Below are positions 16,305 to 25,947 of a stretch of DNA of 64,000 nucleotides, piece after piece (position 1 is the first letter of the stretch; each line of letters opens with the position of its first letter). A program made the position numbers and the translations under genes. The notes under the pieces are model-generated. The model saw only the letters and a list, made by a program, of their open reading frames with translations, was not told the DNA's origin and made no database searches. Source of the stretch: Pedosphaera parvula Ellin514 (lineage in GTDB: Bacteria; Verrucomicrobiota; Verrucomicrobiia; Limisphaerales; JADJPG01); contig CALQPR010000014.1 in assembly GCA_943332515.1 (NCBI GenBank), positions 27,283 to 91,282 on the forward strand. Direction: 5' to 3'.

Positions 16305-17759
16305 CTACGTCAGGATTGGCGTGATGACCTTCCCGTGAACATCCGTCAGCCGGCGATTGATGCCGTTGTGGTAAAACGTCAACCTCTCATGGTCGATGCC
16401 GAGCAAATGCAGGATCGTGGCGTGAAAATCGGGGACCGTAACTTTGTTCTCCGCCACGAAGTATCCGACGTCGTCTGACTTCCCATAGTGAAAACCGTTC
16501 TTCACCCCAGCCCCGGCGAGGAAACAAGTGAACGCCGTCGGATGATGATCGCGCCCCGGTGAATTGACACCCTGCGTCGAAGGACTGCGACCGAACTCCG
16601 TCGCCCAGACAAACAGCGTATCTTCCAACATGCCGCGCTGCTTCAGATCGTGGATGAGCGCCGCCACCGGCTTGTCCATCGTCGCCGCCTGCGTATCGTG
16701 GTTCTCCTTCAAATTTTCGTGCCCATCCCAGTTGATGCGCGGGCTGCCGAAGGCACCGCCGTTGAAAATCTGGACGAAGCGCACGCCGCGTTCAAGGAGC
16801 CGTCGGGCCATGAGACAGTTCCGTGAGAAGCCCTTGTTCGACTCTTCTTCCAGACCGTAGAGCCTCTTCGTCGCCTCGGATTCATTGTCGAGGTTCGTAG
16901 CCTCGGGAATGCTCGACTGCATCCGCGCAGCCAGTTCATACGAGCGCAGCCGCGCCGCGAAAGCGCCGTCACCGGGATTCGACTCGGTAAACTCGCGGTT
17001 CATCGACGCGAGCAGCCTCATGTCAGCCGCCCGCGCCTCGGACGGGATGCTCGCCGGAGTGTTTAGATCCGCGATCGGCTCGCGGGAATTCGTGCGGAAC
17101 GGAACACCCTGATGGTTCGCGGGCAGAAAGCCGGAGGTCCAGTTGATTGATCCGCCCGCGATCAATCCCCGAGGATCGGGCAATACGACAAACGCGGGCA
17201 GGTTCTCGTTCTCCGTGCCGAGACCGTAGCTCAACCATGCACCCATGCTCGGGAAGCCGTTCAGCGTAAACCCGCTGTTCATCTGGAACGTGGCCGGCGT
17301 GTGGTTATTGCTCTTCGCATACATCGAATGGATGAAACACACGTCATCCACACAGCCCGCCAGATGCGGCAGCAGGCTGCTCACCCACCCGCCACTCTGC
17401 CCATGCTGGCGGAAGTCATACACGCTCTTCATCACCTTCCCCGGCTGCCCGAAGAACCCGAGATTCTCCCCCTTGCCTTCGAGCGTCTTCCCGTTCATGC
17501 GCTCCAGCTCCGGCTTGTAGTCAAACGTGTCGAGATGACTCACACCACCGCAGCAAAAGATCTGCACCACGCGCTTTGCCTTCGCCGCAAAATGCGGCTG
17601 CCGTGCCGACGAAGCCAGAGCCGGGCCCGCCGCGCAGGACTGATCCCGACTCAGCAACCACGCCAGAGCGACCCCGCCAAGCCCGTGCGCGGTGTTCGAG
17701 AGGAAGTGGCGCCGAGAAAGAACCGGAGGCACTTCGCGGATGTCGTTGGGAAGATTCAT
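16305..17759 (-). CDS. DUF1501 family protein (sulfatase/alkaline-phosphatase-like fold) with Tat signal
   Basis: ATG at 17759 gives MNLPNDIREVPPVLSRRHFLSNTAHGLGGVALAWLL. FCCGGVSHLDTFDYKPEL and GRDHH motifs are typical of DUF1501. Starts 4 nt after the stop of the upstream PSCyt/DUF1553 gene. Track N-terminus 17760-17891 is rejected. Confidence 0.88.
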   Translation of the reverse strand: MNLPNDIREVPPVLSRRHFLSNTAHGLGGVALAWLLSRDQSCAAGPALASSARQPHFAAKAKRVVQIFCCGGVSHLDTFDYKPELERMNGKTLEGKGENLGFFGQPGKVMKSVYDFRQHGQSGGWVSSLLPHLAGCVDDVCFIHSMYAKSNNHTPATFQMNSGFTLNGFPSMGAWLSYGLGTENENLPAFVVLPDPRGLIAGGSINWTSGFLPANHQGVPFRTNSREPIADLNTPASIPSEARAADMRLLASMNREFTESNPGDGAFAARLRSYELAARMQSSIPEATNLDNESEATKRLYGLEEESNKGFSRNCLMARRLLERGVRFVQIFNGGAFGSPRINWDGHENLKENHDTQAATMDKPVAALIHDLKQRGMLEDTLFVWATEFGRSPSTQGVNSPGRDHHPTAFTCFLAGAGVKNGFHYGKSDDVGYFVAENKVTVPDFHATILHLLGIDHERLTFYHNGINRRLTDVHGKVITPILT

Positions 17760-17763
17760 ATGT

Positions 17764-20700
17764 TCACCTGACATAAACAAACTCCGTCGAGTTGAGCAGC
17801 GCCCAGCAGACGTTCGTGAGGCTGCGATCCTTTGCGGCGGCGAGGGCGCGTCTGGCTTCATCTCTCGTCGGCGCACGACCAAGCGCAACACGGTAGGCGG
17901 CTCGGATGGCGCGAGGCATGTCGTTGTCCGCGTCTTTCAACGCGCGCTCCGCGAGATGACCGGCCTGTCGCTGGACAAACGAATTGTTCATCATCCCCAG
18001 CGCTTGCAACGGAGTCGTCGTGACGCCGCGACGTGGCGTCCTCACGGAAGGATCAGGGCAATCGAACGCGTCCAGCAGCGGTTCCTTGCCTGAGTTCACG
18101 TTCATGCGATAAACCGTGCGGCGGTTATACTCCGGACCAATCCTGTCCCTAGGAACGTAGGCATTCGCCGGAAACTTCAGCGCCTCGAACGGCCGGAAGC
18201 TGGGTCCGCCCGCCACCACATTAAGCTGCCCGCTCACGGCGAGGACAGCATCGCGCACCGCTTCCGCCTCCAGTCTCCGCGACGGGAACCGCCAGAGCAG
18301 CGCGTTATCGGCGTCCATCGTCAGCGCGCGCTCACTTGTTTTTGAGGACTGCCGGTAGGTCGCCGAGTTCACGATCAGCCGGTGCAACGCCTTCACGCTC
18401 CAACCGCTCTCGATCAACTTCGCCGCCAGCCAGTCGAGCAACTCGGGATGGGACGGGCGCGCGCCACTCACACCGAAATCATTCGGTGTCGAGACAAGCC
18501 CCTGGCCGAAATGAAAATGCCAGATGCGGTTCGCCATGACGCGCGCGGGAAGCGGATTAAGTGGGTCAGCCAGCCAGCCGGCGAACTTCAAGCGGCGCTG
18601 CGCTTCGGGCGCATCCGCCGCCAGACCAAACTCGGACTCCACATCCACAATCGCGGACAACCCTGCCGCCGTCACGACATCCGCCGGAGACTTCACATCG
18701 CCACGTCGCAGCAACTTCGTCGGGGCGGGTTGCACGCGGGTGCCAACATAGGAAGCGGGTATCGGCTTGATGGTCGCCATCACATCCTGAGCCTCCTTCA
18801 TCCGCGACAACGCTGCATCACGCTCGGCGCGTTGAGCGTCGGTCAAGCTTGCGAGGATTTCAGCTTGGGGCACGGAGAAACCTGCCGCACGGAACGACGA
18901 CGCGACTTCCTCCGCGCTCAAGGCCCGATCATACAGCGCCGCCTGCTGGATCTCGCCAGTGAGAAATGGCTTTCCACCGCCGGTGTGCCGCATGCCGACC
19001 AACACCCGGGCTTTGCCAGCCTTGAATGTCTGAAGCGGGCTGGCAGGAGTATAGGGCGCGCCGTAAGGCACGCCGTTACGGAAGACGGCGACGCTGTTAT
19101 CCGCACGATAGACAATCACCATGTGAACGAGCGCGCCCGGCGGAGCGGTCTCGTCTGGCGCACCCAGATCGCGTGTGCGCTCGAAGCCTCCGCTCCCCGC
19201 CGTCCATTTCCTTGCCTGCCGCTCGCCGAACACGATCGCATCGAACACCCGGCCATCTTCGCTCTCAATGGAAATTGCCGCGCCGCCGCCCTGTTTCAAG
19301 TCGGCGAGCGCCACCCATGCCTCTAACGTCTTCTCGCGAACATCGCGCGTGAGCGCCGCAGCCTGGTAGAACGCGCCTTCTTTCGAAAGCAGCAGGCGAC
19401 CTTTTGCAATCGTCGCACCACCTCGAAGCTCGCCCGACATCGTCGAATCCGGCACGGTGACGAAGGACCACCGGGCAAACGGCGTTGGCCCATGCTCTGT
19501 GGCGTCAGGCTGCCGCTTCGCCGCCGCGAGCTTCCAGCCTTCACCTTCGATGCGCGCCACCACGTCCTGCGCTGAGGCAATTTCCTTCTGCGACCCGGCC
19601 ATGCGTTCCTGACGCACTTTCGATTCGGCCGCGCCTGCAACGGCGCGCTCACCGTGCTTCACGCCATCGAAGACAGACTTGATGCGGTAATATTCCTCCT
19701 GCGAGATCGGGTCGAACTTGTGCGAATGACAACGTGCGCAATTGATCGTGAGACCGAGGAAGGTCTGACTCACGGTGCCAACCAGATCCTCCATCTCCTC
19801 CTCACGCGTGATGGCCTTCTGCGTGGCATTGGCCTGGGCGTTACCCGCCTCATCCCAAGGACCGCACACCAGCAGGCTCGTGCCGATGATCCCATCGCTC
19901 GTCACAGGTTCGAGCACATCCCCGGCGATCTGCTCCTTCATGAACTGATTGTAAGGCTTGTCGTCGTTGAAGCTTTTGATGACGTAGTCGCGATAATGCC
20001 AGGCGTTGTCGCGCAGCTTGTCGTACTCGAAGCCCTGGCTCTCGGTATAACGCGCCACATCCAGCCAATGCCGCCCCCAACGCTCCCCGTAACGCGGCGA
20101 CGCCAGCAATCGCTCCACCAAAGCCTCGTAGGCCCGCGGTGATTTGTCCGCCACGAACGCGTCGATCTCCTGCGGCTCGGGTGGCAGACCGATCAGGTCG
20201 AAGTTCAGCCGACGAATCAAGGTGGCGCGTTCTGCGGCGGGCGAGAGAGAGAGTCCGTTGGTGCTGAGACGGGCGAGGATGAAGGCATCAATGGAATTTG
20301 TGATTGGCGATTTGGGATTGGCGAGTGCTGGGGGAACGGGCGTCCGCAACGGCTGCAACGCCCAGTGCCCATTTCGCGCTCGCGCGGCCCCAACGTCCTC
20401 CGGCCATTTCACTCCCTGATCGATCCACGCCCGGAGCACGCCCACTTCTTCAGACGTGAGTCGTTCGCCTTTCGGCGGCATCAGGCTGTCCTTCTCCAAT
20501 CCCGCGACCAAATGAATCAAGCGGCTCTCCGCGCTCTTGCCTCCGATCATCGCCGGACCGGAATCACCACCCTTCAACGCAGCCGACCGGACATCAAGTC
20601 TCAGCCCGCCTTTTTGTTTCTCGGCTCCGTGACACTTCACACAGCGGCCGGAGAAGAGCGGCTGGATATCGCGGGCGAAATCAATCGTCCTGCCAGCTAT

Positions 20701-20874
20701 AGCCGGGAGCCTCGCCAGATCAACCGGGACCGACGACGACGACTCGGCGGCCATGGAAATCTGTGGGGCCAGGCACGTCGCCAGTCCGACTGCCATCCGC
20801 GCCATCAAACACCAACGCGCCCGGACGATCCAGGACAAGACATTCTTGGAGGCGGCACGGCGCGGCATCTTCAT
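17764..20874 (-). CDS. PSCyt1 (planctomycete cytochrome c-like) / DUF1549 / LamG-like insert / DUF1553 protein
   Basis: CVKCHGAEKQKGGLRLD, NSIDAFILARL...GLPPEPQEIDAF...RYGERWGRHWLDVARY, CARCHSHKFDP. A concanavalin/LamG-like stretch (KTLEAWVALADL...GEIQQAALYDRALSAEEV). DUF1553-like C-terminus. 1036 aa. Confidence 0.88.
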   Translation of the reverse strand: MKMPRRAASKNVLSWIVRARWCLMARMAVGLATCLAPQISMAAESSSSVPVDLARLPAIAGRTIDFARDIQPLFSGRCVKCHGAEKQKGGLRLDVRSAALKGGDSGPAMIGGKSAESRLIHLVAGLEKDSLMPPKGERLTSEEVGVLRAWIDQGVKWPEDVGAARARNGHWALQPLRTPVPPALANPKSPITNSIDAFILARLSTNGLSLSPAAERATLIRRLNFDLIGLPPEPQEIDAFVADKSPRAYEALVERLLASPRYGERWGRHWLDVARYTESQGFEYDKLRDNAWHYRDYVIKSFNDDKPYNQFMKEQIAGDVLEPVTSDGIIGTSLLVCGPWDEAGNAQANATQKAITREEEMEDLVGTVSQTFLGLTINCARCHSHKFDPISQEEYYRIKSVFDGVKHGERAVAGAAESKVRQERMAGSQKEIASAQDVVARIEGEGWKLAAAKRQPDATEHGPTPFARWSFVTVPDSTMSGELRGGATIAKGRLLLSKEGAFYQAAALTRDVREKTLEAWVALADLKQGGGAAISIESEDGRVFDAIVFGERQARKWTAGSGGFERTRDLGAPDETAPPGALVHMVIVYRADNSVAVFRNGVPYGAPYTPASPLQTFKAGKARVLVGMRHTGGGKPFLTGEIQQAALYDRALSAEEVASSFRAAGFSVPQAEILASLTDAQRAERDAALSRMKEAQDVMATIKPIPASYVGTRVQPAPTKLLRRGDVKSPADVVTAAGLSAIVDVESEFGLAADAPEAQRRLKFAGWLADPLNPLPARVMANRIWHFHFGQGLVSTPNDFGVSGARPSHPELLDWLAAKLIESGWSVKALHRLIVNSATYRQSSKTSERALTMDADNALLWRFPSRRLEAEAVRDAVLAVSGQLNVVAGGPSFRPFEALKFPANAYVPRDRIGPEYNRRTVYRMNVNSGKEPLLDAFDCPDPSVRTPRRGVTTTPLQALGMMNNSFVQRQAGHLAERALKDADNDMPRAIRAAYRVALGRAPTRDEARRALAAAKDRSLTNVCWALLNSTEFVYVR

Positions 20875-21042
20875 AACAGAACGTTGCTCATAGATTGTCG
20901 TTGAGGATTCACTGGGCTGTTCGACGTCGAGAATGAACCGACTCGCGAAACATTTTCACTCATTTTCTCATCGCTGGACAAAAGGAAGACCGACCGATGC
21001 CTTGCTTTGAAGGGTATTCAGGGCTATTTACTCCTCCGTTTC

Positions 21043-22179
21043 ATGCATCGCTTGCTGTGTCAATCGCCGTGGTCAGCCCTGTTGTGCTTCGGCGTTTCAT
21101 TCATCTCGCCCGGAGCTGGCAACGCGCAGGCTCCGCTCCCCGTCCAAACGAACAGCACGATTCGGGTGATGGCGGCCAACATCACGACTGGAAACAACCA
21201 GCGCTACGAAGCACCGGGCCTTCGCATCTTCAAGGCGCTCAAGCCAGACATCGTCGCCGTTCAGGAGTTTAATTATGCGAGCACCAATGGCGCAGGTACC
21301 AGCACCCCGGCAGCGATTCGCGAGATGATCGATTCCGCGTTCGGAACGGACTTCGTTTACTTCCGCGAATCGGGCGCAGGCTACACGATCCCCAACGGCA
21401 TCATCAGCCGCTGGCCGATCCGCAACAGCGGGACGTGGGACGACGTTCAGGTTCCAGATCGCGGCTTCGCCTGGGCGCAGATCGACATCCCGGGAACGAA
21501 TGACCTCTTCATCGTCAGTGTTCATCTTCACAGCAGCGGCGGCTCCAGTTCGCGGTCCACGGAAGCGACCAATTTGCGGTCCCTGATCCAATCCAACTTT
21601 CCTGCCGGAGCGTTCATCGTCGTCGCCGGCGACTTGAATACGGACAACCGAAACGAAGCAGCGGTCGCCACGCTGAAGACCTTCCTGAGCGATGCCGCCA
21701 TTCCCACCGACCAGTCCGGCGATCCTGATACGAACCTCTCCCGGGCAAAACCCTACGACTATGTGATGCCGAGCTACAGCCTAGCTTCCAACCTGACCGC
21801 AACCGCCATCGGCACCAACCGATTTCCGAGCGGGCTCGTGTTCGATTCCCGCACCTATCCACCGCTCTTCGATGGCGAGACGGTGCAGACCAACGACTCT
21901 CGATCGGTGAACATGCAACACATGGCCGTCGTGAAGGATTTTCAAATTCGCTACGCCATCACCAACCTCGTCGAAGTTCCGGCACCGAAGCTTACGCTCG
22001 TCTCTCCAGGCGTCCTGCATTGGGCCGGTGTCAGCCAGGTCAGTTACACCGTTCAGACGAACCGCTCCCTGAATGACTGGGTTACCGCAGGTTCCGCGAC
22101 CTCAATGACGACCAATTACTGGTTCACGAACTCCGTGCCAGCGGGAGACGCGAACTTCTATCGCGTGATCTTTCCCTGA
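21043..22179 (+). CDS. Secreted endonuclease/exonuclease/phosphatase (EEP) family protein with FYRV-terminated C-terminal module
   Basis: ATG at 21043 gives MHRLLCQSPWSALLCFGVSFISPGAGNAQA. IRVMAANITTGNN...PDIVAVQEFNY...LFIVSVHLHSSG...VVAGDLNTD is an EEP pattern. Tail DANFYRVIFP*. The track start at 21007 is a TTG. Confidence 0.8.
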   Translation: MHRLLCQSPWSALLCFGVSFISPGAGNAQAPLPVQTNSTIRVMAANITTGNNQRYEAPGLRIFKALKPDIVAVQEFNYASTNGAGTSTPAAIREMIDSAFGTDFVYFRESGAGYTIPNGIISRWPIRNSGTWDDVQVPDRGFAWAQIDIPGTNDLFIVSVHLHSSGGSSSRSTEATNLRSLIQSNFPAGAFIVVAGDLNTDNRNEAAVATLKTFLSDAAIPTDQSGDPDTNLSRAKPYDYVMPSYSLASNLTATAIGTNRFPSGLVFDSRTYPPLFDGETVQTNDSRSVNMQHMAVVKDFQIRYAITNLVEVPAPKLTLVSPGVLHWAGVSQVSYTVQTNRSLNDWVTAGSATSMTTNYWFTNSVPAGDANFYRVIFP

Positions 22180-22265
22180 CGGCCGCCATCCGCAACCCCT
22201 GTCGGGCAGCCGGACTTTTCGCTTCCAATCACACGCTGATTCCCTAGCCTGCGCGCACATCATTT

Positions 22266-23306
22266 ATGGCAAAAAAGAACGACTACAAATTTTGTTTCGG
22301 CCCGTGGAATATCAGCGAGGGACAAGATCCCTACGGCCCGACCACGCGCCCGGCGCAGACCTTCGACTGGAAACTCGCGCAACTGAAGAAGCACGGCTTC
22401 GAAGCGATGATGTTCCACGATGACGACGCGGTGCCGGACCTCGACAGCAAGTCCGAGGCGCAGATCCGGAAGGAAGCGAAGGAGCTCAAGAAGCGGCTCG
22501 ACGGACTCGGCATCGCCGCCGAGATGGTCGCGCCCCGGCTGTGGTTCGCGCCCCAGACCATCGACGGAGCTTACACGAGCAACAATCCGAAGGATCGCCG
22601 CTACGCCATCGACCGCTCGCTGCGCAGCATCGATCTCGCGAACATTCTTGATACTGACCTGCTCGTTCTCTGGCTCGCGCGCGAAGGCAGCTACATCCGT
22701 GAATCCAAGGACGCCGGGCGCAGCCTCGATTATCTCGTCGAAGCGCTCGACAAGATGCTCGGCCACGACAAGAAGATCCGCCTCGCCATCGAGCCGAAGC
22801 CCAACGAGCCGATGGACCACGCCTACGTGCCGACCATCGGCCACGCCATCGCCGTCGCCGGGCTCACGCGCGACCCGAAGCGCGTCGGATGCTTGATTGA
22901 ATCCGCGCACGCCACTCTCGCCGGGCTCGATCCTGCGGATGAAATCGATTTCGCCATGAAGTTCGGCAAGCTCTGGTCGCTGCATCTCAATGACCAGAAC
23001 GGATTGAAGTATGATCAGGACCGCCCGTTCGGCAACGTGAGCATCCGGAGTGCGTTCGATCAAATCCGCGCACTCGAACGCAACGGCTACGGGAAGAACG
23101 GCGAATACGTCTGCTTCGATGTGCATCCCTTCCGCACGACAAAGCCGGAGCATTGGATGGATCATCTGCTCAACAGCCGACGCACGTTCGAGCTCCTCGT
23201 GCAGAAAGTTCGTTCCTTCGACGAGAAAGCCGCCGCCAAGCTCGTCGCCGACCGCAACTACCAGGCGCTCGACCAAATGGTAATCGAGCATCTGCTCGGC
23301 AAGTAG
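22266..23306 (+). CDS. xylA: Xylose isomerase, short class-I-like (TIM barrel)
   Basis: KFCFGPWNISEGQDPYGPTTRP...MMFHDDDAVPD...AIEPKPNEPMDHAYVPTIGHAIA parallels class I XylA motifs (FTFGLWTVG..DPFG, FHDDD, EPKPNEP). At 346 aa it is shorter than classical ~390-aa enzymes, so substrate specificity is unproven. Confidence 0.75.
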   Translation: MAKKNDYKFCFGPWNISEGQDPYGPTTRPAQTFDWKLAQLKKHGFEAMMFHDDDAVPDLDSKSEAQIRKEAKELKKRLDGLGIAAEMVAPRLWFAPQTIDGAYTSNNPKDRRYAIDRSLRSIDLANILDTDLLVLWLAREGSYIRESKDAGRSLDYLVEALDKMLGHDKKIRLAIEPKPNEPMDHAYVPTIGHAIAVAGLTRDPKRVGCLIESAHATLAGLDPADEIDFAMKFGKLWSLHLNDQNGLKYDQDRPFGNVSIRSAFDQIRALERNGYGKNGEYVCFDVHPFRTTKPEHWMDHLLNSRRTFELLVQKVRSFDEKAAAKLVADRNYQALDQMVIEHLLGK

Positions 23307-23345
23307 GCGCTGGGCCATTGCCACGCCAGACCTAGGATAGATGCT

Positions 23346-23374
23346 GGGGCGAACGATCCAACCTCGTTCGCCCC
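23346..23374 (+). terminator. Stem-loop after xylA-like gene (candidate terminator, weak U-tract)
   Basis: Perfect 11-bp stem GGGGCGAACGA / TCGTTCGCCCC with 7-nt loop, followed by GCTCTCCGTTT. Confidence 0.45.
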
Positions 23375-23506
23375 GCTCTCCGTTTGGGGCGCAATCCACT
23401 TCCACTTACCCCGCACCCGCCGCGTCTCACCCGCTTCGGTTATCTCGTTGGTCTCCAAAAAGAAATTGTCGCGCACCGCGATTATCTGCAACCTGTGCCC
23501 TCTTTT

Positions 23507-24811
23507 ATGCGGCAAGTGAACTTGGGAATCATCGGTGGCGGGACGGTTGGCGGCGGTGTGTATCAAGCCGTCACCCGCAATGGCGCGCTGATGGCATCGC
23601 GCCTCGGCATCGGCCTGCGCGTCGCCGGGGTGGCGGTGCGCGACTTGAAGAAGAAACGCCCCGTCGCGATTCCGCGTTCGCTGCTCACCACGGATTGGGC
23701 AGCCGTCGTCAACAATCCCAAGGTGGATCTGGTGGTCGAACTGATGGGCGGAACCACCATCGCGCGCCAGGCACTCCTCGCCGCGCTGCGTCTGGGCAAG
23801 CCGGTCGTCACCGCGAACAAGGCGCTCCTCTCTGCGCACGGCGAAGAACTCTTCGATGCCGCGCAGCGTCACGGCACCAATCTCTATTACGAAGCCAGCG
23901 TCGCCGGCGGCATCCCGATCATCAAGGTGCTCCGTGAAGGGTTGATCGGAAACCGCATCACGCGGCTCTACGGCATCGTCAACGGAACGTGCAATTACAT
24001 CCTCTCGAGGATGAAGCTCGAAGGCGCGGACTTCTCGGACGTTCTCGCGGACGCGCAGAAGCTGGGCTACGCCGAGGCGGAACCTTCGCTCGACGTCGAT
24101 GGCCACGATGCCGCGCACAAGATTGGCATCCTCGCCTCGCTCGCGCATGGCTTCTGGGTGAACCCGAAGAAGATCTACGTCGAAGGCATTCGTGGCATCA
24201 ACGCGCAGGACATCGGCATCGCCTCGCATCTCGGCTACACCATCAAACTGCTCGGCATCGTGAAACGCGCCGGAACGGGAGCGAGCATCCAGGTTTCCGT
24301 TTATCCGACGCTCGTGCCGAACGCGCACGTCCTCGCCAGCGTGAATGATGTCTTCAACGCCGTGTATGTCCGCGGCGACGTGGTGGGCGACACTCTTTAC
24401 TACGGACGCGGCGCGGGGCAGGACGCGACGGCCAGCGCGGTGTTGAGCGACCTCGCGGATGCCGCGCTCGACTTGAAATGCGGCACCCGTAGCCGAATCC
24501 CTCCCTTCGTCCCACACGAGCGCGACGGCGAAGTGTCACCGATCGCCGAAGTCGTCTGCCGCTATTACCTCCGCCTCAGCGTCGTGGATCGTCCCGGCAC
24601 GCTGGCAAAGATCGCCGCGATCCTGGCCGGAGCCAAGATTGGCATTTCATCCGTGGTCCAGCCGGAGAATCGCGACGGCGACAGCGTGCCGCTGATTCTC
24701 ATGACCCACGACGCCACGAACGCCGCGATGTCCAAGGCGCTGGCCAAGATTGCGAAACTCAACGTCGTCAAGGCGACGCCGGTGATGGTTCGCGTGGAAA
24801 ATTTCGAATGA
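23507..24811 (+). CDS. hom: Homoserine dehydrogenase (with C-terminal ACT domain)
   Basis: ATG at 23507: [60 protein letters not shown]-like [21 protein letters not shown]. Track start 23384 is rejected. Confidence 0.93.
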   Translation: MRQVNLGIIGGGTVGGGVYQAVTRNGALMASRLGIGLRVAGVAVRDLKKKRPVAIPRSLLTTDWAAVVNNPKVDLVVELMGGTTIARQALLAALRLGKPVVTANKALLSAHGEELFDAAQRHGTNLYYEASVAGGIPIIKVLREGLIGNRITRLYGIVNGTCNYILSRMKLEGADFSDVLADAQKLGYAEAEPSLDVDGHDAAHKIGILASLAHGFWVNPKKIYVEGIRGINAQDIGIASHLGYTIKLLGIVKRAGTGASIQVSVYPTLVPNAHVLASVNDVFNAVYVRGDVVGDTLYYGRGAGQDATASAVLSDLADAALDLKCGTRSRIPPFVPHERDGEVSPIAEVVCRYYLRLSVVDRPGTLAKIAAILAGAKIGISSVVQPENRDGDSVPLILMTHDATNAAMSKALAKIAKLNVVKATPVMVRVENFE

Positions 24812-25884
24812 ACGCACACTCCTCAACCTCCTGGCCCGGCGTCATCCGCCGCTACGCCGAATACCTCCCTGTCACCGACGCGACGCCCATCGTCACCTTG
24901 CTCGAAGGCAACACTCCGCTCATCCCTGCGCCGAATTTCGTCGAGGCCATCGGCGGCAAGTTCCAGCTCTTCCTCAAATACGAAGCGCTGAACCCGACGT
25001 GCTCCTTCAAGGATCGCGGCATGACCATGGCTGTTTCCAAGGCGAAGGAACGCGGCGCGGAAGTCGTCATCTGCGCCAGCACCGGCAACACCTCCGCCAG
25101 CGCCGCCGCCTACGCCGCGCGGGCCAAGATGAAGTGCGTCGTCATCCTTCCCCATGGCAAGATTGCCCAGGGCAAGCTCGCGCAGGCCTTGATGTATGGC
25201 GCGACGACCATTGCAATCGAAGGCAACTTCGACGTGGCGCTCCGCATCGTTCGCGAGCTCGGCGAGACGGGCAAGGTCGAGGTGGTAAACAGCGTGAACC
25301 CGGTGCGCATCGAGGGACAGAAGACGGCGGCGTTTGAAATCTGCGATGCGCTCGGTGACGCGCCGGACTTCCATTTCCTGCCCGTTGGCAACGCGGGAAA
25401 CATCACAGCTTACTGGCGCGGCTATAAGGAATATCACGCAGCGGAGAAGTCCGACACATTGCCGAAGATGTTCGGGTTCCAAGCCGCCGGATCGGCTCCG
25501 ATTGTGGACGGTCATCCCATCGAGAATCCCCAGACCATCGCGACCGCCATCCGCATCGGCAACCCCGCAGGCTGGCAGGGCGCGACCGACGCCGTGAAGG
25601 AATCCGAAGGGTTCATCGGCAAGGTCACCGACGAGGAAATTCTCGCGGCTTACAAGATGATCGCCCGCACCGAAGGCATCTTCGTCGAGCCCGCGTGCGC
25701 CGCGCCGCTCGCTGGATTGATCAAGGCCGTTCAAGCCGGCCTGATTCCAGAAGGCAGCCTGATCACCGCGACGATGACCGGTCACGGTCTGAAAGATCCC
25801 GACACCGCCATCGATACAGCCGGGTTCTCTCCCATCGTCGTCGCCGCGACTAAAGAAGCGGTGATGAAGGTGATTGGACTTTAA
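24808..25884 (+). CDS. thrC: Threonine synthase
   Basis: [19 protein letters not shown] (PLP lysine), [18 protein letters not shown] overlap with the hom stop (24808-24811). Confidence 0.92.
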   Translation: MNAHSSTSWPGVIRRYAEYLPVTDATPIVTLLEGNTPLIPAPNFVEAIGGKFQLFLKYEALNPTCSFKDRGMTMAVSKAKERGAEVVICASTGNTSASAAAYAARAKMKCVVILPHGKIAQGKLAQALMYGATTIAIEGNFDVALRIVRELGETGKVEVVNSVNPVRIEGQKTAAFEICDALGDAPDFHFLPVGNAGNITAYWRGYKEYHAAEKSDTLPKMFGFQAAGSAPIVDGHPIENPQTIATAIRIGNPAGWQGATDAVKESEGFIGKVTDEEILAAYKMIARTEGIFVEPACAAPLAGLIKAVQAGLIPEGSLITATMTGHGLKDPDTAIDTAGFSPIVVAATKEAVMKVIGL

Positions 25885-25947
25885 CTCAAAGCCGGTAAAC
25901 GGTGAGTCCGCAGGCCGGTAATCAGTTCATCAACACTGACTGACTCC

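Noticed and set aside
22260-24517. Long minus-strand ORFs of 381 aa (22260-23405) and 419 aa (23258-24517)
   Set aside because: They are antisense shadows of the xylose-isomerase-like and hom genes. They are Arg/Ala/Gly/Val-rich with no recognisable motifs, whereas the plus-strand frames carry textbook motifs.
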